Translations under genes and position numbers: made by a program | Notes under the pieces: model-generated | Seen by the model: only the letters and a program-made list of their open reading frames with translations | The model's database searches: none | What the model was told of the DNA's origin: nothing | Source of the DNA: an uncultured Candidatus Saccharibacteria bacterium | GTDB lineage: Bacteria > Patescibacteriota > Minisyncoccia > Phycocordibacterales > PALSA-1337 | Length of the DNA stretch: 64,000 nt | Direction: 5' to 3' | Assembly (NCBI GenBank): GCA_964467225.1 | Contig: CAYXPQ010000001.1 | Span: 6,812-70,811, forward strand | In this document: piece by piece, positions 10,194 to 20,829 of the stretch | Numbering within the stretch: the first letter of the stretch is position 1 | How the letters are laid out: each line of letters starts with the position of its first letter

Positions 10194-10328
10194 ATGTCAT
10201 TTACATATCAACCAAAAAAGAGAAAGAGAGCAAAGACTCATGGATTCTTGGTAAGGTCAAAGACTTCAACAGGAAGAAATGTTCTTAAGAGAAGACGAAC
10301 AAAAGGTCGCAAAAAAATAGCTGTTTAA
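10194..10328 (+). CDS. rpmH: 50S ribosomal protein L34
   Basis: [21 protein letters not shown]... is the classic L34 sequence. Start reset from the longer ORF. Confidence 0.92.
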   Translation: MSFTYQPKKRKRAKTHGFLVRSKTSTGRNVLKRRRTKGRKKIAV

Positions 10329-10329
10329 T

Positions 10330-10665
10330 ATGCTACCTCGTTTATTGAGGCTAAATATAGGCTTATTTAAGGAAATAATAGAAAAAGGAAGATTTTCCCA
10401 CGGAAAGTACTTCCTTTTTCGCTATGTTAAAAACGAAGGTATACCCCGTTTTGCTGTATCAGTATCTAAGAAAGTATCAAAAAGCGCAGTAGATAGAAAT
10501 AAAATCAGAAGAAGAGTTTATTGTTCAGTTAGAAAATTAATCAACGAAACCCAAGATGGTTACAAAATAATTATTTTTGTTAAATCAGGTATAGAAAAGT
10601 TAAATATAGAAGAAATTTCAAAAGAAATTGAATCAGACTTTGTTAAAAACGGTTTTTTAAAGTAA
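10330..10665 (+). CDS. rnpA: Ribonuclease P protein component
   Basis: Basic 111-aa protein after rpmH. Contains FAVSVSKKV...RNKIRRR motif. Confidence 0.88.
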   Translation: MLPRLLRLNIGLFKEIIEKGRFSHGKYFLFRYVKNEGIPRFAVSVSKKVSKSAVDRNKIRRRVYCSVRKLINETQDGYKIIIFVKSGIEKLNIEEISKEIESDFVKNGFLK

Positions 10666-10675
10666 AATTACCTTC

Positions 10676-11401
10676 ATGATTTCATATATATACAATAATT
10701 TAATTTTTAACCCACTTTATAACGGCCTTATTTATTTAATAGATGTAATTCCAGGAATTGATGCAGGAATTGCTGTTATTATATTTACAATTATTGTTAG
10801 GTTAATTCTCTTCCCTATTTCAAAAAAAGCTGTGGTTACCCAAGTTAAAATGAAAGAAATAGAGCCTGAATTAAATAGAATAAAGAAAGAAATACCGGAT
10901 AGACAACAACAAGCTCTGGCTGTTATGGATTTATACAAGAGAAAGGGAGTAAATCCTTTTGCAAGCTTTCTTTTTTTGTTTCTTCAACTACCTATTATCT
11001 GGGCATTATATAAAATCTTCATGTCATCAGGTTTGCCTGCCGTGAAAGAATCTCTACTATATGGTTTTGTTAAAGCCCCTGTTATTGATATGAATTTTCT
11101 TGGAATAGTTGATATAGGTTCTAAGAGTATTACTTTGGCTGTTATTGCGGCAATTGCACAATATCTACAGCTACACTTCTCTCTTTCTGCTTCTGGTCAA
11201 CCTAACAAATCTGGCGATCCAGCTATGGATATGGCACAAAACATGATGAAGAATATGAAATATATTTTTCCAGTTATGGTCTTCTTTATTTCATACAAAA
11301 TTGCAGCGGTAGTAGCCTTGTATTGGACTGTAAGTAGTTTATTTACACTCGGTCAAGAAATAGTAGTTAGAAAGCATTTAAAGAATCATCAACCTCTTTA
11401 A
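10676..11401 (+). CDS. yidC: Membrane protein insertase YidC/Oxa1 family (short form)
   Basis: Conserved PISKKAVxxQxKMKEIxPEL and MDLYKRKGVNPF motifs. rpmH-rnpA-yidC synteny. Confidence 0.9.
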   Translation: MISYIYNNLIFNPLYNGLIYLIDVIPGIDAGIAVIIFTIIVRLILFPISKKAVVTQVKMKEIEPELNRIKKEIPDRQQQALAVMDLYKRKGVNPFASFLFLFLQLPIIWALYKIFMSSGLPAVKESLLYGFVKAPVIDMNFLGIVDIGSKSITLAVIAAIAQYLQLHFSLSASGQPNKSGDPAMDMAQNMMKNMKYIFPVMVFFISYKIAAVVALYWTVSSLFTLGQEIVVRKHLKNHQPL

Positions 11402-11402
11402 T

Positions 11403-12698
11403 TTATTGATTTAGATCTAACATCCAAAGACTTAAATCTCTTTTGTTTATGAAGTACAAGTAATTTTCTTTCGGATCTAGTGTAAGATCTGTAATATCTA
11501 TCAAAGATTTTGAGAGATTTATAGGATTAGCTAGAAGGTGGACTTCCCCATTTAATACATTTAGTACCCAAATTTGATCTGTAAAAGATACTAAGCCTTT
11601 ATACCAATCTTCAGGATATGATGCTTCTGGAATTTCGGTCGGAACAGCACAATATACTTCATTTTTTCTTAGTTTACTCCAAACACATTTGTCGGCAAGA
11701 GTCTTGAATATGACTTCAGTGCTTGTTCCGTTAGAAATATTTAGTATTTGAGTTTCAATGCCGTTTGTTCCTCTTGAATATAAGAGATATTTACTATCGT
11801 TACTCATCTTTGAGGACAGACCTCTTACAGGCCCTAAGATTTTTTTCATTTCTGCGGTTTTGGTATTTATAGAATATGTATATCCATTTATGGTTGAATT
11901 ACCTTTGGTTGTTAGGGTAACGGTAGATAATTCTGGCCAATCAATATTAACTTGAGTAAGTGGAGTGTCCACAATTTTGGTTCTTGTTTTCTCATCAAAA
12001 GTTGAAATGTTACCTACTCCCCTTCCACTCTCAATCGTCCAAGTAAAAATCTGTTCCCCAGAAGGAGAAACAGAAACACTATCAAAGTTAGACAAATATT
12101 TACCTTTTATTTCAAATGGGGTTGTTGAAGTCGCCATTGATGCAGGAACCTTTCTAACTTCAGCATAAAAATTAGTAATGGTCTCAGTACCATCTTTTAA
12201 ATATCTTAGTACACTAGCAGTCAGGTTTTTGTTCCAGTATGCTTCATATATTTTTGGCAGTGTTGTATTGGATATTTTCTCAATATCTGTAGTTATGTTG
12301 TTTGCTTGATAGACATGACCAGTTCCCCTATCAATATACCTTAACAAAGTAACTTCTATGGATGTTGTGGAAGTTGGAGAGGTTTTGATTTTTGTTGTAC
12401 TAGCAAACATCCCTGCTACAGGCTCTGAGCTAATTAATCTTAATTTAGGCATGGACACTGCTGGATTTGTGTAATCAACTACAATATTTGTGGTGGTTGT
12501 AGAAATATCTATATTATTGTTATTATTTTTTGGGATGTTGTCTGTATTAAGGGGTGTAAAGCCAGATTTGGTATCAGTGTTGTTGGGTGTGTTATTAGTT
12601 ACCACACTGGTATCCTTAAAAAATAACCAATAATATACTCCACCGGCAATTATGGCTATGAAGATTAGAATAATAATTATTAATGTTGATTTTTTCAT
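11403..12698 (-). CDS. Hypothetical membrane-anchored/secreted protein (Thr/Asn-rich linker, beta-rich C-terminal domain)
   Basis: N-terminal TM helix, low-complexity region, 431 aa. Last gene of the T4SS-like operon. Confidence 0.6.
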   Translation of the reverse strand: MKKSTLIIIILIFIAIIAGGVYYWLFFKDTSVVTNNTPNNTDTKSGFTPLNTDNIPKNNNNNIDISTTTTNIVVDYTNPAVSMPKLRLISSEPVAGMFASTTKIKTSPTSTTSIEVTLLRYIDRGTGHVYQANNITTDIEKISNTTLPKIYEAYWNKNLTASVLRYLKDGTETITNFYAEVRKVPASMATSTTPFEIKGKYLSNFDSVSVSPSGEQIFTWTIESGRGVGNISTFDEKTRTKIVDTPLTQVNIDWPELSTVTLTTKGNSTINGYTYSINTKTAEMKKILGPVRGLSSKMSNDSKYLLYSRGTNGIETQILNISNGTSTEVIFKTLADKCVWSKLRKNEVYCAVPTEIPEASYPEDWYKGLVSFTDQIWVLNVLNGEVHLLANPINLSKSLIDITDLTLDPKENYLYFINKRDLSLWMLDLNQ

Positions 12699-12699
12699 G

Positions 12700-13818
12700 C
12701 TACTTTATAATTTTAGATGACTTTTCTAGATAGTCTCGAAGATAAGCAATTCTGAGTTCGAGTATATTTTTATATTGTTCTTCAAGTCTTGGATCGGTTG
12801 AATATGAGGCATATTCTTTCTCGTATGATACTAGTCTTTTTGATACCGCATCCCTACTTTTTGCTGTTTGATCTTGATATGATTTATCAACTTCTTTGAT
12901 CATTTCTCCCTCTTCTCTTAATTGATCAACATAAAAGACTCTATCTGTTCTTAATATTGAAACACCCTCGGTATTATTACTTTTCAACATTTCTTCTATG
13001 TATTTATCATAAAACTTGTTTACTTCTTCAATTTTTTTATCAACTAATGACCAATCGGGATTTGTGGCTCCATACCAATTTGTTTCAGGACTCACTCTCA
13101 AATCAATAGCTAGATTCTTAATACTATTTCTGCCTAGGGTTCCTGTTATTTCTCTAGAAATTTCAATATTCTTTTTTCTAATGGTTTCTTGCTCAATAGC
13201 CTTCTGTATTTGATATTCCTCCTCATCTATTTCTCCGCTTTTTAGTTTGTTCTCGGCAACAGCTAACTTCTCTTGGGCTGCTGACTTTTGAGCGTTTGCA
13301 TCATTAACTTTTTTTATTGCATCTGCATTTACTTTTGCTAGATTTTCTGTGGCACTTAATTTAGCGAAATCTTCAGCGACATTTTTGCCAAAATTTAGTG
13401 TTTCTGTGTCTGCTTTAAAATTCACTGGAGGGATCTCTGTATAAATTTGAACTAATCGCGGATCTATAATCCTAAGAATTAAATATGATGAAAATACTAG
13501 TAACAGACCCGTAATCGCACTTCTTATTCTTTTTTTAGCATCAAGTTTGGTTGGCAAAGCTTCGGCCAACATATATTCAAATCCTGCGTATATAATTACA
13601 ACAATAGCTAGAAAAACAGCTAATGCAATTGAAAATTTAAATACATATCCTACATAATCCTGAAAACTTATTTCTGTCTGCAAGGTACCTTCTGTACAAT
13701 TCCCTACTCCACTTACGCATGGCAGTGGCTCAAGCAAGGTATATTTGTCTACCGCCAAGACAGTTTGGGCTTGGATGGAAAATGCTAATATAAATATTAT
13801 AAATAATAGTTTTTTCAT
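12700..13818 (-). CDS. Membrane protein: signal peptide, two hydrophobic helices (VirB2/TrbC-like topology), long coiled-coil C-terminus
   Basis: Start taken at MKKLLFIIF. An alternative upstream start at 13842 would overlap the previous gene by 23 nt. Confidence 0.55.
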   Translation of the reverse strand: MKKLLFIIFILAFSIQAQTVLAVDKYTLLEPLPCVSGVGNCTEGTLQTEISFQDYVGYVFKFSIALAVFLAIVVIIYAGFEYMLAEALPTKLDAKKRIRSAITGLLLVFSSYLILRIIDPRLVQIYTEIPPVNFKADTETLNFGKNVAEDFAKLSATENLAKVNADAIKKVNDANAQKSAAQEKLAVAENKLKSGEIDEEEYQIQKAIEQETIRKKNIEISREITGTLGRNSIKNLAIDLRVSPETNWYGATNPDWSLVDKKIEEVNKFYDKYIEEMLKSNNTEGVSILRTDRVFYVDQLREEGEMIKEVDKSYQDQTAKSRDAVSKRLVSYEKEYASYSTDPRLEEQYKNILELRIAYLRDYLEKSSKIIK

Positions 13819-13819
13819 T

Positions 13820-14839
13820 TTAGAAAGTTGTGTTCTGTTCATTGTCTTCTTTCTTTTTGAAGTTAATCATTATTGATGATTGAGCTCTTTCAAGTATATC
13901 ATTTTCATGTCTGACTTCTATGTTTATATTTGAACTTCCATCTATATCCCCTTTTGGTCTCAAAATTATGCTTTGATTTTTTGTTAATTCAGGTTGTTCT
14001 ATATTATTTATTGACCAAAGATAGCTTATTTTGTTGTTTTTTGTATTGAAATTAAAACCAAACGGTGCCGCCATTATATTTAATTCTGCATTATTCATTG
14101 TATGAATATTTACAAGGGATTTGTTTAGTAATATTCCGTATAGAGGACTAATTTCATAAAATCCTATACTTGGTTCAACGGGCTCAATTCTTACAAATGA
14201 ATTCGCTTCTTCTCTCTGGTCTCTTGTATAAACGTCAACTGATATATCAAGAGGTTTTGGTATTTCGCTAGCTTTGATCTCTATACTTTGAACACCGTAA
14301 CCTGTACCATTTTCTATGTCCTTACCACCCATTTTCCATCTATATACTAGATTCTTGGGATCAACTTCTTTGATACCATCTGATGATAGATGAGGAATTG
14401 CTATTAGTTTTATCCAATTCTCATAAACAAAAGGATTTTTACCTTTATAAAAAGGTGGAGTATATGATCTACTTGCTTCCCATACAATATCAACTGATCC
14501 AGATTTTAAAGTGATTGATTTTCTAACTTCCTTTCCATTATTGGCACTGATTATGGCTAAGACTGTAGTTCTTTTGCCAATATTGGGTGATTTTGTTGTT
14601 ATTTTTTTGATACCTACTCCTCTTGCTACTTCTTTGCCATCAACTAACCATATTACTGATGAAGAATTTAAATCAATTAAATAACTTTCTATAGTTATAG
14701 TAACAATTTCGTTCGGTGCAGGTTTCTCAGGAGTGCTAGAGATTATCACCCCATCAATTGGTGCTTGATATTGAGCCTTTGCAATTCCAAATGTTACAAA
14801 AAATAGTGATACAAAAAATAACAAAAGAAGTTTTTTCAT
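13820..14839 (-). CDS. Secreted hypothetical protein
   Basis: Cleavable signal peptide MKKLLLLFFVSLFFVTFGIAKA. 339 aa. Confidence 0.6.
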   Translation of the reverse strand: MKKLLLLFFVSLFFVTFGIAKAQYQAPIDGVIISSTPEKPAPNEIVTITIESYLIDLNSSSVIWLVDGKEVARGVGIKKITTKSPNIGKRTTVLAIISANNGKEVRKSITLKSGSVDIVWEASRSYTPPFYKGKNPFVYENWIKLIAIPHLSSDGIKEVDPKNLVYRWKMGGKDIENGTGYGVQSIEIKASEIPKPLDISVDVYTRDQREEANSFVRIEPVEPSIGFYEISPLYGILLNKSLVNIHTMNNAELNIMAAPFGFNFNTKNNKISYLWSINNIEQPELTKNQSIILRPKGDIDGSSNINIEVRHENDILERAQSSIMINFKKKEDNEQNTTF

Positions 14840-14858
14840 TTATTATATTTTAACACAT

Positions 14859-15269
14859 TTAATTTTTATTTGGATATCTTATTCCCTGTTGCGTATTGAA
14901 CTTTGGAGGTCTTAGTCGTGGTGGTGTGGTTCCTGGTGTTTTAGTGACTGATGATAGAGATATTCCAGTCTTTTCTTCTAATCTGATCATTATAATAACC
15001 AAAATCATACCCAGAGTTACTGATGGTAACCATTGAAGTATGGGTATTAATTCTATTAAGGTAGAAATAATTCCTGAAGCGAGTCTTCTGGCATTAACAA
15101 TACCCAAACCAACATACCAAAAATAAATATTAATACAGATCCAAAATCCAGGTCCTAGAATACTTCCTAGTAAAGGAATTAATGATAATAAATCCACTAA
15201 TATAGCAACAAAAATCAAGATAAATGCAGTTATTGTGCCTATTTTATGTGCGGGTCTGTTATCTTCCAT
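14859..15269 (-). CDS. Small polytopic membrane protein
   Basis: Three to four predicted TM helices. Located between the VirB4-like ATPase and the secreted protein. Confidence 0.55.
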   Translation of the reverse strand: MEDNRPAHKIGTITAFILIFVAILVDLLSLIPLLGSILGPGFWICINIYFWYVGLGIVNARRLASGIISTLIELIPILQWLPSVTLGMILVIIMIRLEEKTGISLSSVTKTPGTTPPRLRPPKFNTQQGIRYPNKN

Positions 15270-15280
15270 TTTACTTTTGA

Positions 15281-17095
15281 TTATTGAGCAGAAGAAGCCA
15301 ACTCATCCTTTGCTCTCTTTATGGACAATACCTGTTCTGGATTTGTTGTAATTATTTGGTCTTCTGTATATGAAGCTACTACTTTGATTGCTACGTGTTT
15401 TAGTCCTACGAAGAATATTCCCTCCCCCACATCTGATTCTAATAGTAGATATTTCTCCTCATCAGTTAGGTTGAATGTTTTCTGTACATTATCTATTGAT
15501 GATGGAGATTGTTTCAATAGAATTTGTATTGATGAGTTGGTAATAATTGGCAAACCATAAGGAGATTTAAGGAAATCATCAACGTCCTGTGTAATAGTTG
15601 CTAGTCCTAAATAATACTTTCTTCCTCTCTTGGCTAAACCAAGCAAGAAAGAAGCTGTGTCTTCTGATTTCATCATCCACCATGCCTCATCTATTACCAA
15701 GAGGCGCTTTTTTAGCTGTTTTCTAATAGCATTCCATATATAGTGGGTGACTATATACATTGCGACTGGTTTCAATTCATCTTCCATGTCTCTCAAAGAG
15801 AATACTACGAACTTTTTATTTATATCAACATTTGATGGTCTATTAATAAATCCAGCCCATGTTCCCTTTGTGTATTTAGTCAATCTCTCAACTAGTGATT
15901 CTGCCCCCTCCATTCCAGCAAGTACAAGCTCGAAATCAGAAAGTAATGGTGGCTCAACATTTCTAAAATCCGATTCAGCCGTAATATCTTTCAAGGCGTA
16001 AGTCTCTGTAATTGCTCTATCAATAATAGAATCTTCCTCTTGTGATAATCCACCAAGCATTATTCTGAAAAGTCCAACAAGATTAATTATGTTAGATCTC
16101 AAGACATCTGCAGCACTTTCATCTTCTCTTGGCACCGGTAAATCAAATGGATTAATATGATGCTCCGAATTCAAAGAAATATTAAAATACTTGCCACCAG
16201 TTGCTTCTGCCATATATTCATATTCCTTTTCTGGATCAATGACGATAACTTCGGTATCAAACATCAGTGTTCTAAGTATTTCTAATTTTGTACAGTAGGA
16301 CTTACCAGATCCAGCCTTGGCAAAAGTTACTGAATTGTAGTTTTCAAGTAGGAATCTATCAAAAAGAACCAAAGAAGAGTTGTGTCTGTTGATTCCATAC
16401 AAAATACCCTTATCTGATGTCAGGTCAAATGAAACGAATGGAAATAAACTGGATAATGGTGAAGAATTAAGCTTGGAATGAACCATTAGCTCATCTGTAC
16501 CTATTGGCAACACACTCTTGTAACCACTTTCCTGCTGGAACAAGGCGGGCTTTAAATAAACAAGTTTTGATTCTAGAACTGATTTTATTTCTGATTCTAG
16601 TTTATCTAATTCATTTTCATTATCTCCAAAAATTGTTATATAAACTCCAACATCAAATAATTTCTCTTGGGCTTGCATAAGATTATCTCTCAGTGCCTCG
16701 AGGTCTTGGTAAGCAGTATCCAGCATTGGATCACGAACCAAACCCTTATCTTCTCTTGTTGATATTTGGCTTTGAACTTCAGCAACTTTCTTTTGGAAAT
16801 GTCTAAGAATTTTTGCTGTGTCTATGGGGTGTATAAAAATTGAAATATTAAATATCTTATCCAAATTTATAATCGGAGCGAACCAGCTTTCTGAAAGAAA
16901 TCGGGGGTATGATATGACAAAAAATGTCCTAGCAACTTTCTCACCCAAATTTAATTCCTTTGGACTGATTTTTAATGCGGAGGGAGCAATTATATCTTTT
17001 AATTCCAAAACTCCAGCCTCATATATCTCTTGAGGCATTAGTGAAACAACAGGTGTTTCTTCTTTTCTACCAAACATTTTTGAAAATATACCCAT
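15281..17095 (-). CDS. VirB4/TrbE/TraE-family conjugal-transfer-type ATPase (AAA_10/DUF87-like)
   Basis: Walker A AKAGSGKSY. Walker B LLVIDEAWWMM. 604 aa. Typical VirB4 C-terminal domain layout. Confidence 0.75.
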   Translation of the reverse strand: MGIFSKMFGRKEETPVVSLMPQEIYEAGVLELKDIIAPSALKISPKELNLGEKVARTFFVISYPRFLSESWFAPIINLDKIFNISIFIHPIDTAKILRHFQKKVAEVQSQISTREDKGLVRDPMLDTAYQDLEALRDNLMQAQEKLFDVGVYITIFGDNENELDKLESEIKSVLESKLVYLKPALFQQESGYKSVLPIGTDELMVHSKLNSSPLSSLFPFVSFDLTSDKGILYGINRHNSSLVLFDRFLLENYNSVTFAKAGSGKSYCTKLEILRTLMFDTEVIVIDPEKEYEYMAEATGGKYFNISLNSEHHINPFDLPVPREDESAADVLRSNIINLVGLFRIMLGGLSQEEDSIIDRAITETYALKDITAESDFRNVEPPLLSDFELVLAGMEGAESLVERLTKYTKGTWAGFINRPSNVDINKKFVVFSLRDMEDELKPVAMYIVTHYIWNAIRKQLKKRLLVIDEAWWMMKSEDTASFLLGLAKRGRKYYLGLATITQDVDDFLKSPYGLPIITNSSIQILLKQSPSSIDNVQKTFNLTDEEKYLLLESDVGEGIFFVGLKHVAIKVVASYTEDQIITTNPEQVLSIKRAKDELASSAQ

Positions 17096-17102
17096 AATTA
17101 TT

Positions 17103-17735
17103 TTAGTTTATTTGAATAGGCTTCTCTGTTTCTCCGGGATTGAATATTTTGTAATATAATTCTACCACTTCTTCTGTTCCTAATTCAGCAACACGTATTC
17201 CACATCTTACCAATCCTTGCTCAACAACACCCACTCTTTGTTCGAGTTGGCTTCGGTATTCCTCGAATTGTTCATTTGCAAGAACTTTGCTGTCTGTTCC
17301 CTTTTTCATTATTGAACTAATTGGATTTTTGCTAGCTGTTAAGACTGGAGGAGTATATGGAATTATAATAAAAAAGCTTTTGGTCATTATGCTTGAATTC
17401 TCGACAAAGGTTCTAATAAATTCTATGTATTCTCTTGTCTGTATTTTCATTAACTCTGCTACTTGTTCTTTATATCTTTCTTCAAGCAAGGCAATATATG
17501 GCCTAATATCAAGTCTTTTGGATTGTATGAATATTTGTACTGAGAAATCAAGAGAGTTTAGAAAATTTTGAAATTGGGATATTATCGCATTTTGTTCATC
17601 AGAAGATTTGAGGGCAAAGTTTAAGGAGGATGCCAATACTATAGATCTCATTGATCCATCCTTCAATACTACAATTCCGTCTCTAATCTCTTGAATTGGT
17701 ACGAAATCTTGGGTTGTTTTGGTGTTTTGAGCCAT
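17103..17735 (-). CDS. Hypothetical soluble protein of T4SS-like operon
   Basis: 210-aa ORF translationally coupled to neighbours. Confidence 0.55.
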   Translation of the reverse strand: MAQNTKTTQDFVPIQEIRDGIVVLKDGSMRSIVLASSLNFALKSSDEQNAIISQFQNFLNSLDFSVQIFIQSKRLDIRPYIALLEERYKEQVAELMKIQTREYIEFIRTFVENSSIMTKSFFIIIPYTPPVLTASKNPISSIMKKGTDSKVLANEQFEEYRSQLEQRVGVVEQGLVRCGIRVAELGTEEVVELYYKIFNPGETEKPIQIN

Positions 17736-17737
17736 GA

Positions 17738-18166
17738 TTATTTTTGATTTTTATTTGTGTACATGCTTTCTTTTATATCCAAACTCCATGTAAGATCTTT
17801 AAGCTTACTATCAGAAATCTTGGGAACCATAACAGATGCGTATTGTTTGGCTTCCTGAGCAACGTTTGTTGGAACTTTTTTGTCTACTTTTTTCCAAATA
17901 TATAATTTCGATGAAGTAAAATATTTAAATGCCCACTCGACCACATCAATAAATGGAAAACGTTTGTATAGTTTTCCAAATGATAACGCGATTGAGAAGG
18001 ACATAACTAACATTATAGGTACAATGGAAATTATTAATGATGGAATAAATCTATATATAGCAAATGAAATTCCTGCTCCTCCTGCTAGATACACGAATTG
18101 TCGTATTGTTAATTCACCAACTATTTTGTCCTCAACTTCAATAAATTGTGGAACTTGATACCTCAT
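17738..18166 (-). CDS. PrgI/VirB3-like small membrane protein
   Basis: 142 aa with a two-TM hairpin. Position immediately upstream of the VirB4-like gene mirrors Gram-positive PrgI/VirB3. Confidence 0.5.
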   Translation of the reverse strand: MRYQVPQFIEVEDKIVGELTIRQFVYLAGGAGISFAIYRFIPSLIISIVPIMLVMSFSIALSFGKLYKRFPFIDVVEWAFKYFTSSKLYIWKKVDKKVPTNVAQEAKQYASVMVPKISDSKLKDLTWSLDIKESMYTNKNQK

Positions 18167-18195
18167 GCACTTATTATAACATAGGGATTTTTATC

Positions 18196-18879
18196 TTATG
18201 CGAATGGTTCCCTATATGGGTCCACTGTGTATGGTTTTGGTGGTTGATTTTCTTTTTTATCAACAATTGTTTTTTTCTTGGGAGCAATTTCTACTACTTT
18301 TTTCTCTTCGACTTTCTGTGCATTGTTTATCGGGGTTGTTAATAGATGGTCAATCATTGTTGGATGCTGAGCATCTTCTATTTCTTTCAATATAGCTTCC
18401 CTATCTAGGTTGGTGTCATTATATTGAGGCGAACTTGAAGGTGGGGCTTTTGGTTCAATATGGAACTGCCCTTCTTGCTCAAGTTTCGTAGGACCAAAGT
18501 TTTGTTTTTGAATTTGTTGGGATGTGGGTGGTGGGGGTGGGGTGGGTACCGATAAGGGTTTATTGGAATCTGATAAGAATTGATTATCGATACTGCTTTG
18601 TTGTTTGTCCTGAATTTTGGATTGTATTGGTTTTAGTATTAATGTGTTAACATCAGCTACAATTTTGCTTGATAATTCATTATTAATTTCTAGCCTTTTA
18701 TTTATGTTGTTTTGAAAATCATTTGCATGGGTAAAACCCATTATTACATCTTGAATTTCCGCTGCTAATTCATCCTGTAAATCAAGCATTAAGTTGTATT
18801 TTCCAGCAATCAATGAAATATTTTTATATGTTTCATTTGAATATGCTATTTCTTTAATGTAATTTTTTAGTTGATCCAT
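18196..18879 (-). CDS. Hypothetical protein with Pro-rich low-complexity C-terminal half
   Basis: 227-aa ORF containing a PTPPPPPTSQQ stretch. Confidence 0.5.
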   Translation of the reverse strand: MDQLKNYIKEIAYSNETYKNISLIAGKYNLMLDLQDELAAEIQDVIMGFTHANDFQNNINKRLEINNELSSKIVADVNTLILKPIQSKIQDKQQSSIDNQFLSDSNKPLSVPTPPPPPTSQQIQKQNFGPTKLEQEGQFHIEPKAPPSSSPQYNDTNLDREAILKEIEDAQHPTMIDHLLTTPINNAQKVEEKKVVEIAPKKKTIVDKKENQPPKPYTVDPYREPFA

Positions 18880-18886
18880 AATAATT

Positions 18887-20827
18887 TTAGGTTATCCATG
18901 CATCTTTGTTATCATTAATAAATTTATTGGCCTGATGATTTTTATTGAATTTACCAGTCCAATAATATATTGAGTCTCCTATTTGTTTTCTTAATACATC
19001 ATCCATTCCATCCATATCTTTTAATTGACTAGCTCTCATGTGGGTAATCAAATCATCACTAATTGGTGTTCCTTGAGGTGTATTATTTTCAATATATCTC
19101 TGTAAGTCAGAACCTGTCATATTTTTCATAATTAATTTAATTTCATCATGATTTCCTGAACTGACTGCGTTTGATAAGGCCTTTTCTCTTGATTCAATTA
19201 TCTTTACTTTATCAGCATCTGATCTATCACTTTTATCTATTGCTGAATAAACATTGCTTGGTATAAATGGAATAACATTTTTATCCATCAGCTTATTTTT
19301 ATCTAACGAAGAAATTTCAGAATTAGATAGACCTTCAAATAATTTTTTAATTTCTGCACGATTAGATGTTTTTATAGCATTTTCAAGCTGATTAGTCTTA
19401 TCGGTATTTCTTTTTAATGTGCTAATAATCTTTGCTCTTGCTTTATCCTCATTCTCCACATCAGCTAGGCTTTGTTTTGAACCAAATTTACTATTTTCAT
19501 ATTGATTCAGCTTTCCTCTTACTGCCTGGCTTATACCAAGATTTCTCAATACTGAACTAGTTCTTCTTCCCAGTTCAGAACCTTGTGCACTTGCTGCCAT
19601 TGTGTCAAATTTTTCTCCAGCCCATCTCGCACTTCTTCCCACAGTATTTCTACCTATCACACCACTAACCATACCACTCACCCACTTCTGGGCTGTAACT
19701 CCCCATTTAGCACTATCGCCCCCAAGTTTAATGGCAGCAATTAAGGGGGCTAACATTACAAAATATGCAATAGTATATTGAAGGACCAGACCAACTGTTG
19801 CCATCATAAAATTATTTTTGCTACTAGCGGTTCTTGCAGCATCAAGTTGGCTAAAGAAACCCATACCATCTACTCCTGTTAGAAATTTTACTGATACATA
19901 CATCAACAATAGGTAAACTGGCATAAAGATCAATTGACCTATAAGCAAGCTACGCCATTTGCCTGAAATATTAGATTCGATCTGAGGGAAGATCATTCCA
20001 ACAAAATACACTGGTGAGAATCCCATTAATAATAACAAAATAACGATTCTAATTATGAAAGCAATAGCTGCTGCTAGTATACTTCCAGCGGCAAGTAATA
20101 TAAGAATACTACCTCCAACTGTGGCTATAATAATATGAAAGAAATCTGTCTCTGCAACTCCAGTTACAAATCCTTTGGGATTATTGTATAGGCTGGGAAG
20201 TTTTAAATTCTGCATGAATATATTAGACAATCCATTCTCTGCAGTTGGGGTTGCTGAACCAAGGATTGAAGAAATGCTATTTTTGTCTATTGTTGCAGAA
20301 TTTGGAACTAATGCTCTATAGAACTGTAATGATACCAAGTTTGAAGCGTCTATCAGTGTTTTGGTAAAAAATAGACTAAAGTTTATAAGGATTCCTGCCA
20401 TTATTATGTTTTTTATCAAAGTTGACGCGCTAGTTTTGGCTGCATCTAGAATGGTGAGTATAGAAGTGTAAATTAGAGCAAATATAATAAACATACTTGA
20501 AAGATTCCTTATAACTAGCCATATCTGGTCTATAGCAGGAGTAGCTTCATACAAGGCTTTTATATTGAGTGTGAGTACTATGGCAATATTCAATACCATA
20601 CCAGAAACACTCAAGAACCAGGCAGATGCTGAGAGTACTAACTCCCCCACATAAGCCACTATACCTTTGAAAACTGAACCGAAAGAAAATTCTTTAACAC
20701 ACAGACCAGGGTTAAAAAGACAAGCAATATCAACAGCACCAGCTTGTGCGGGAATAGGATGGAAGGCTACACTTACCACCGTAAGCAACAATATTATTAC
20801 TAGAATTGTGTTAAGTATTCTTCTCAT
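18887..20827 (-). CDS. Polytopic membrane protein, VirB6/TrbL-like
   Basis: Signal peptide plus at least 6 TM helices. Hydrophilic C-terminal tail. 646 aa. Confidence 0.55.
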   Translation of the reverse strand: MRRILNTILVIILLLTVVSVAFHPIPAQAGAVDIACLFNPGLCVKEFSFGSVFKGIVAYVGELVLSASAWFLSVSGMVLNIAIVLTLNIKALYEATPAIDQIWLVIRNLSSMFIIFALIYTSILTILDAAKTSASTLIKNIIMAGILINFSLFFTKTLIDASNLVSLQFYRALVPNSATIDKNSISSILGSATPTAENGLSNIFMQNLKLPSLYNNPKGFVTGVAETDFFHIIIATVGGSILILLAAGSILAAAIAFIIRIVILLLLMGFSPVYFVGMIFPQIESNISGKWRSLLIGQLIFMPVYLLLMYVSVKFLTGVDGMGFFSQLDAARTASSKNNFMMATVGLVLQYTIAYFVMLAPLIAAIKLGGDSAKWGVTAQKWVSGMVSGVIGRNTVGRSARWAGEKFDTMAASAQGSELGRRTSSVLRNLGISQAVRGKLNQYENSKFGSKQSLADVENEDKARAKIISTLKRNTDKTNQLENAIKTSNRAEIKKLFEGLSNSEISSLDKNKLMDKNVIPFIPSNVYSAIDKSDRSDADKVKIIESREKALSNAVSSGNHDEIKLIMKNMTGSDLQRYIENNTPQGTPISDDLITHMRASQLKDMDGMDDVLRKQIGDSIYYWTGKFNKNHQANKFINDNKDAWIT

Positions 20828-20829
20828 AA

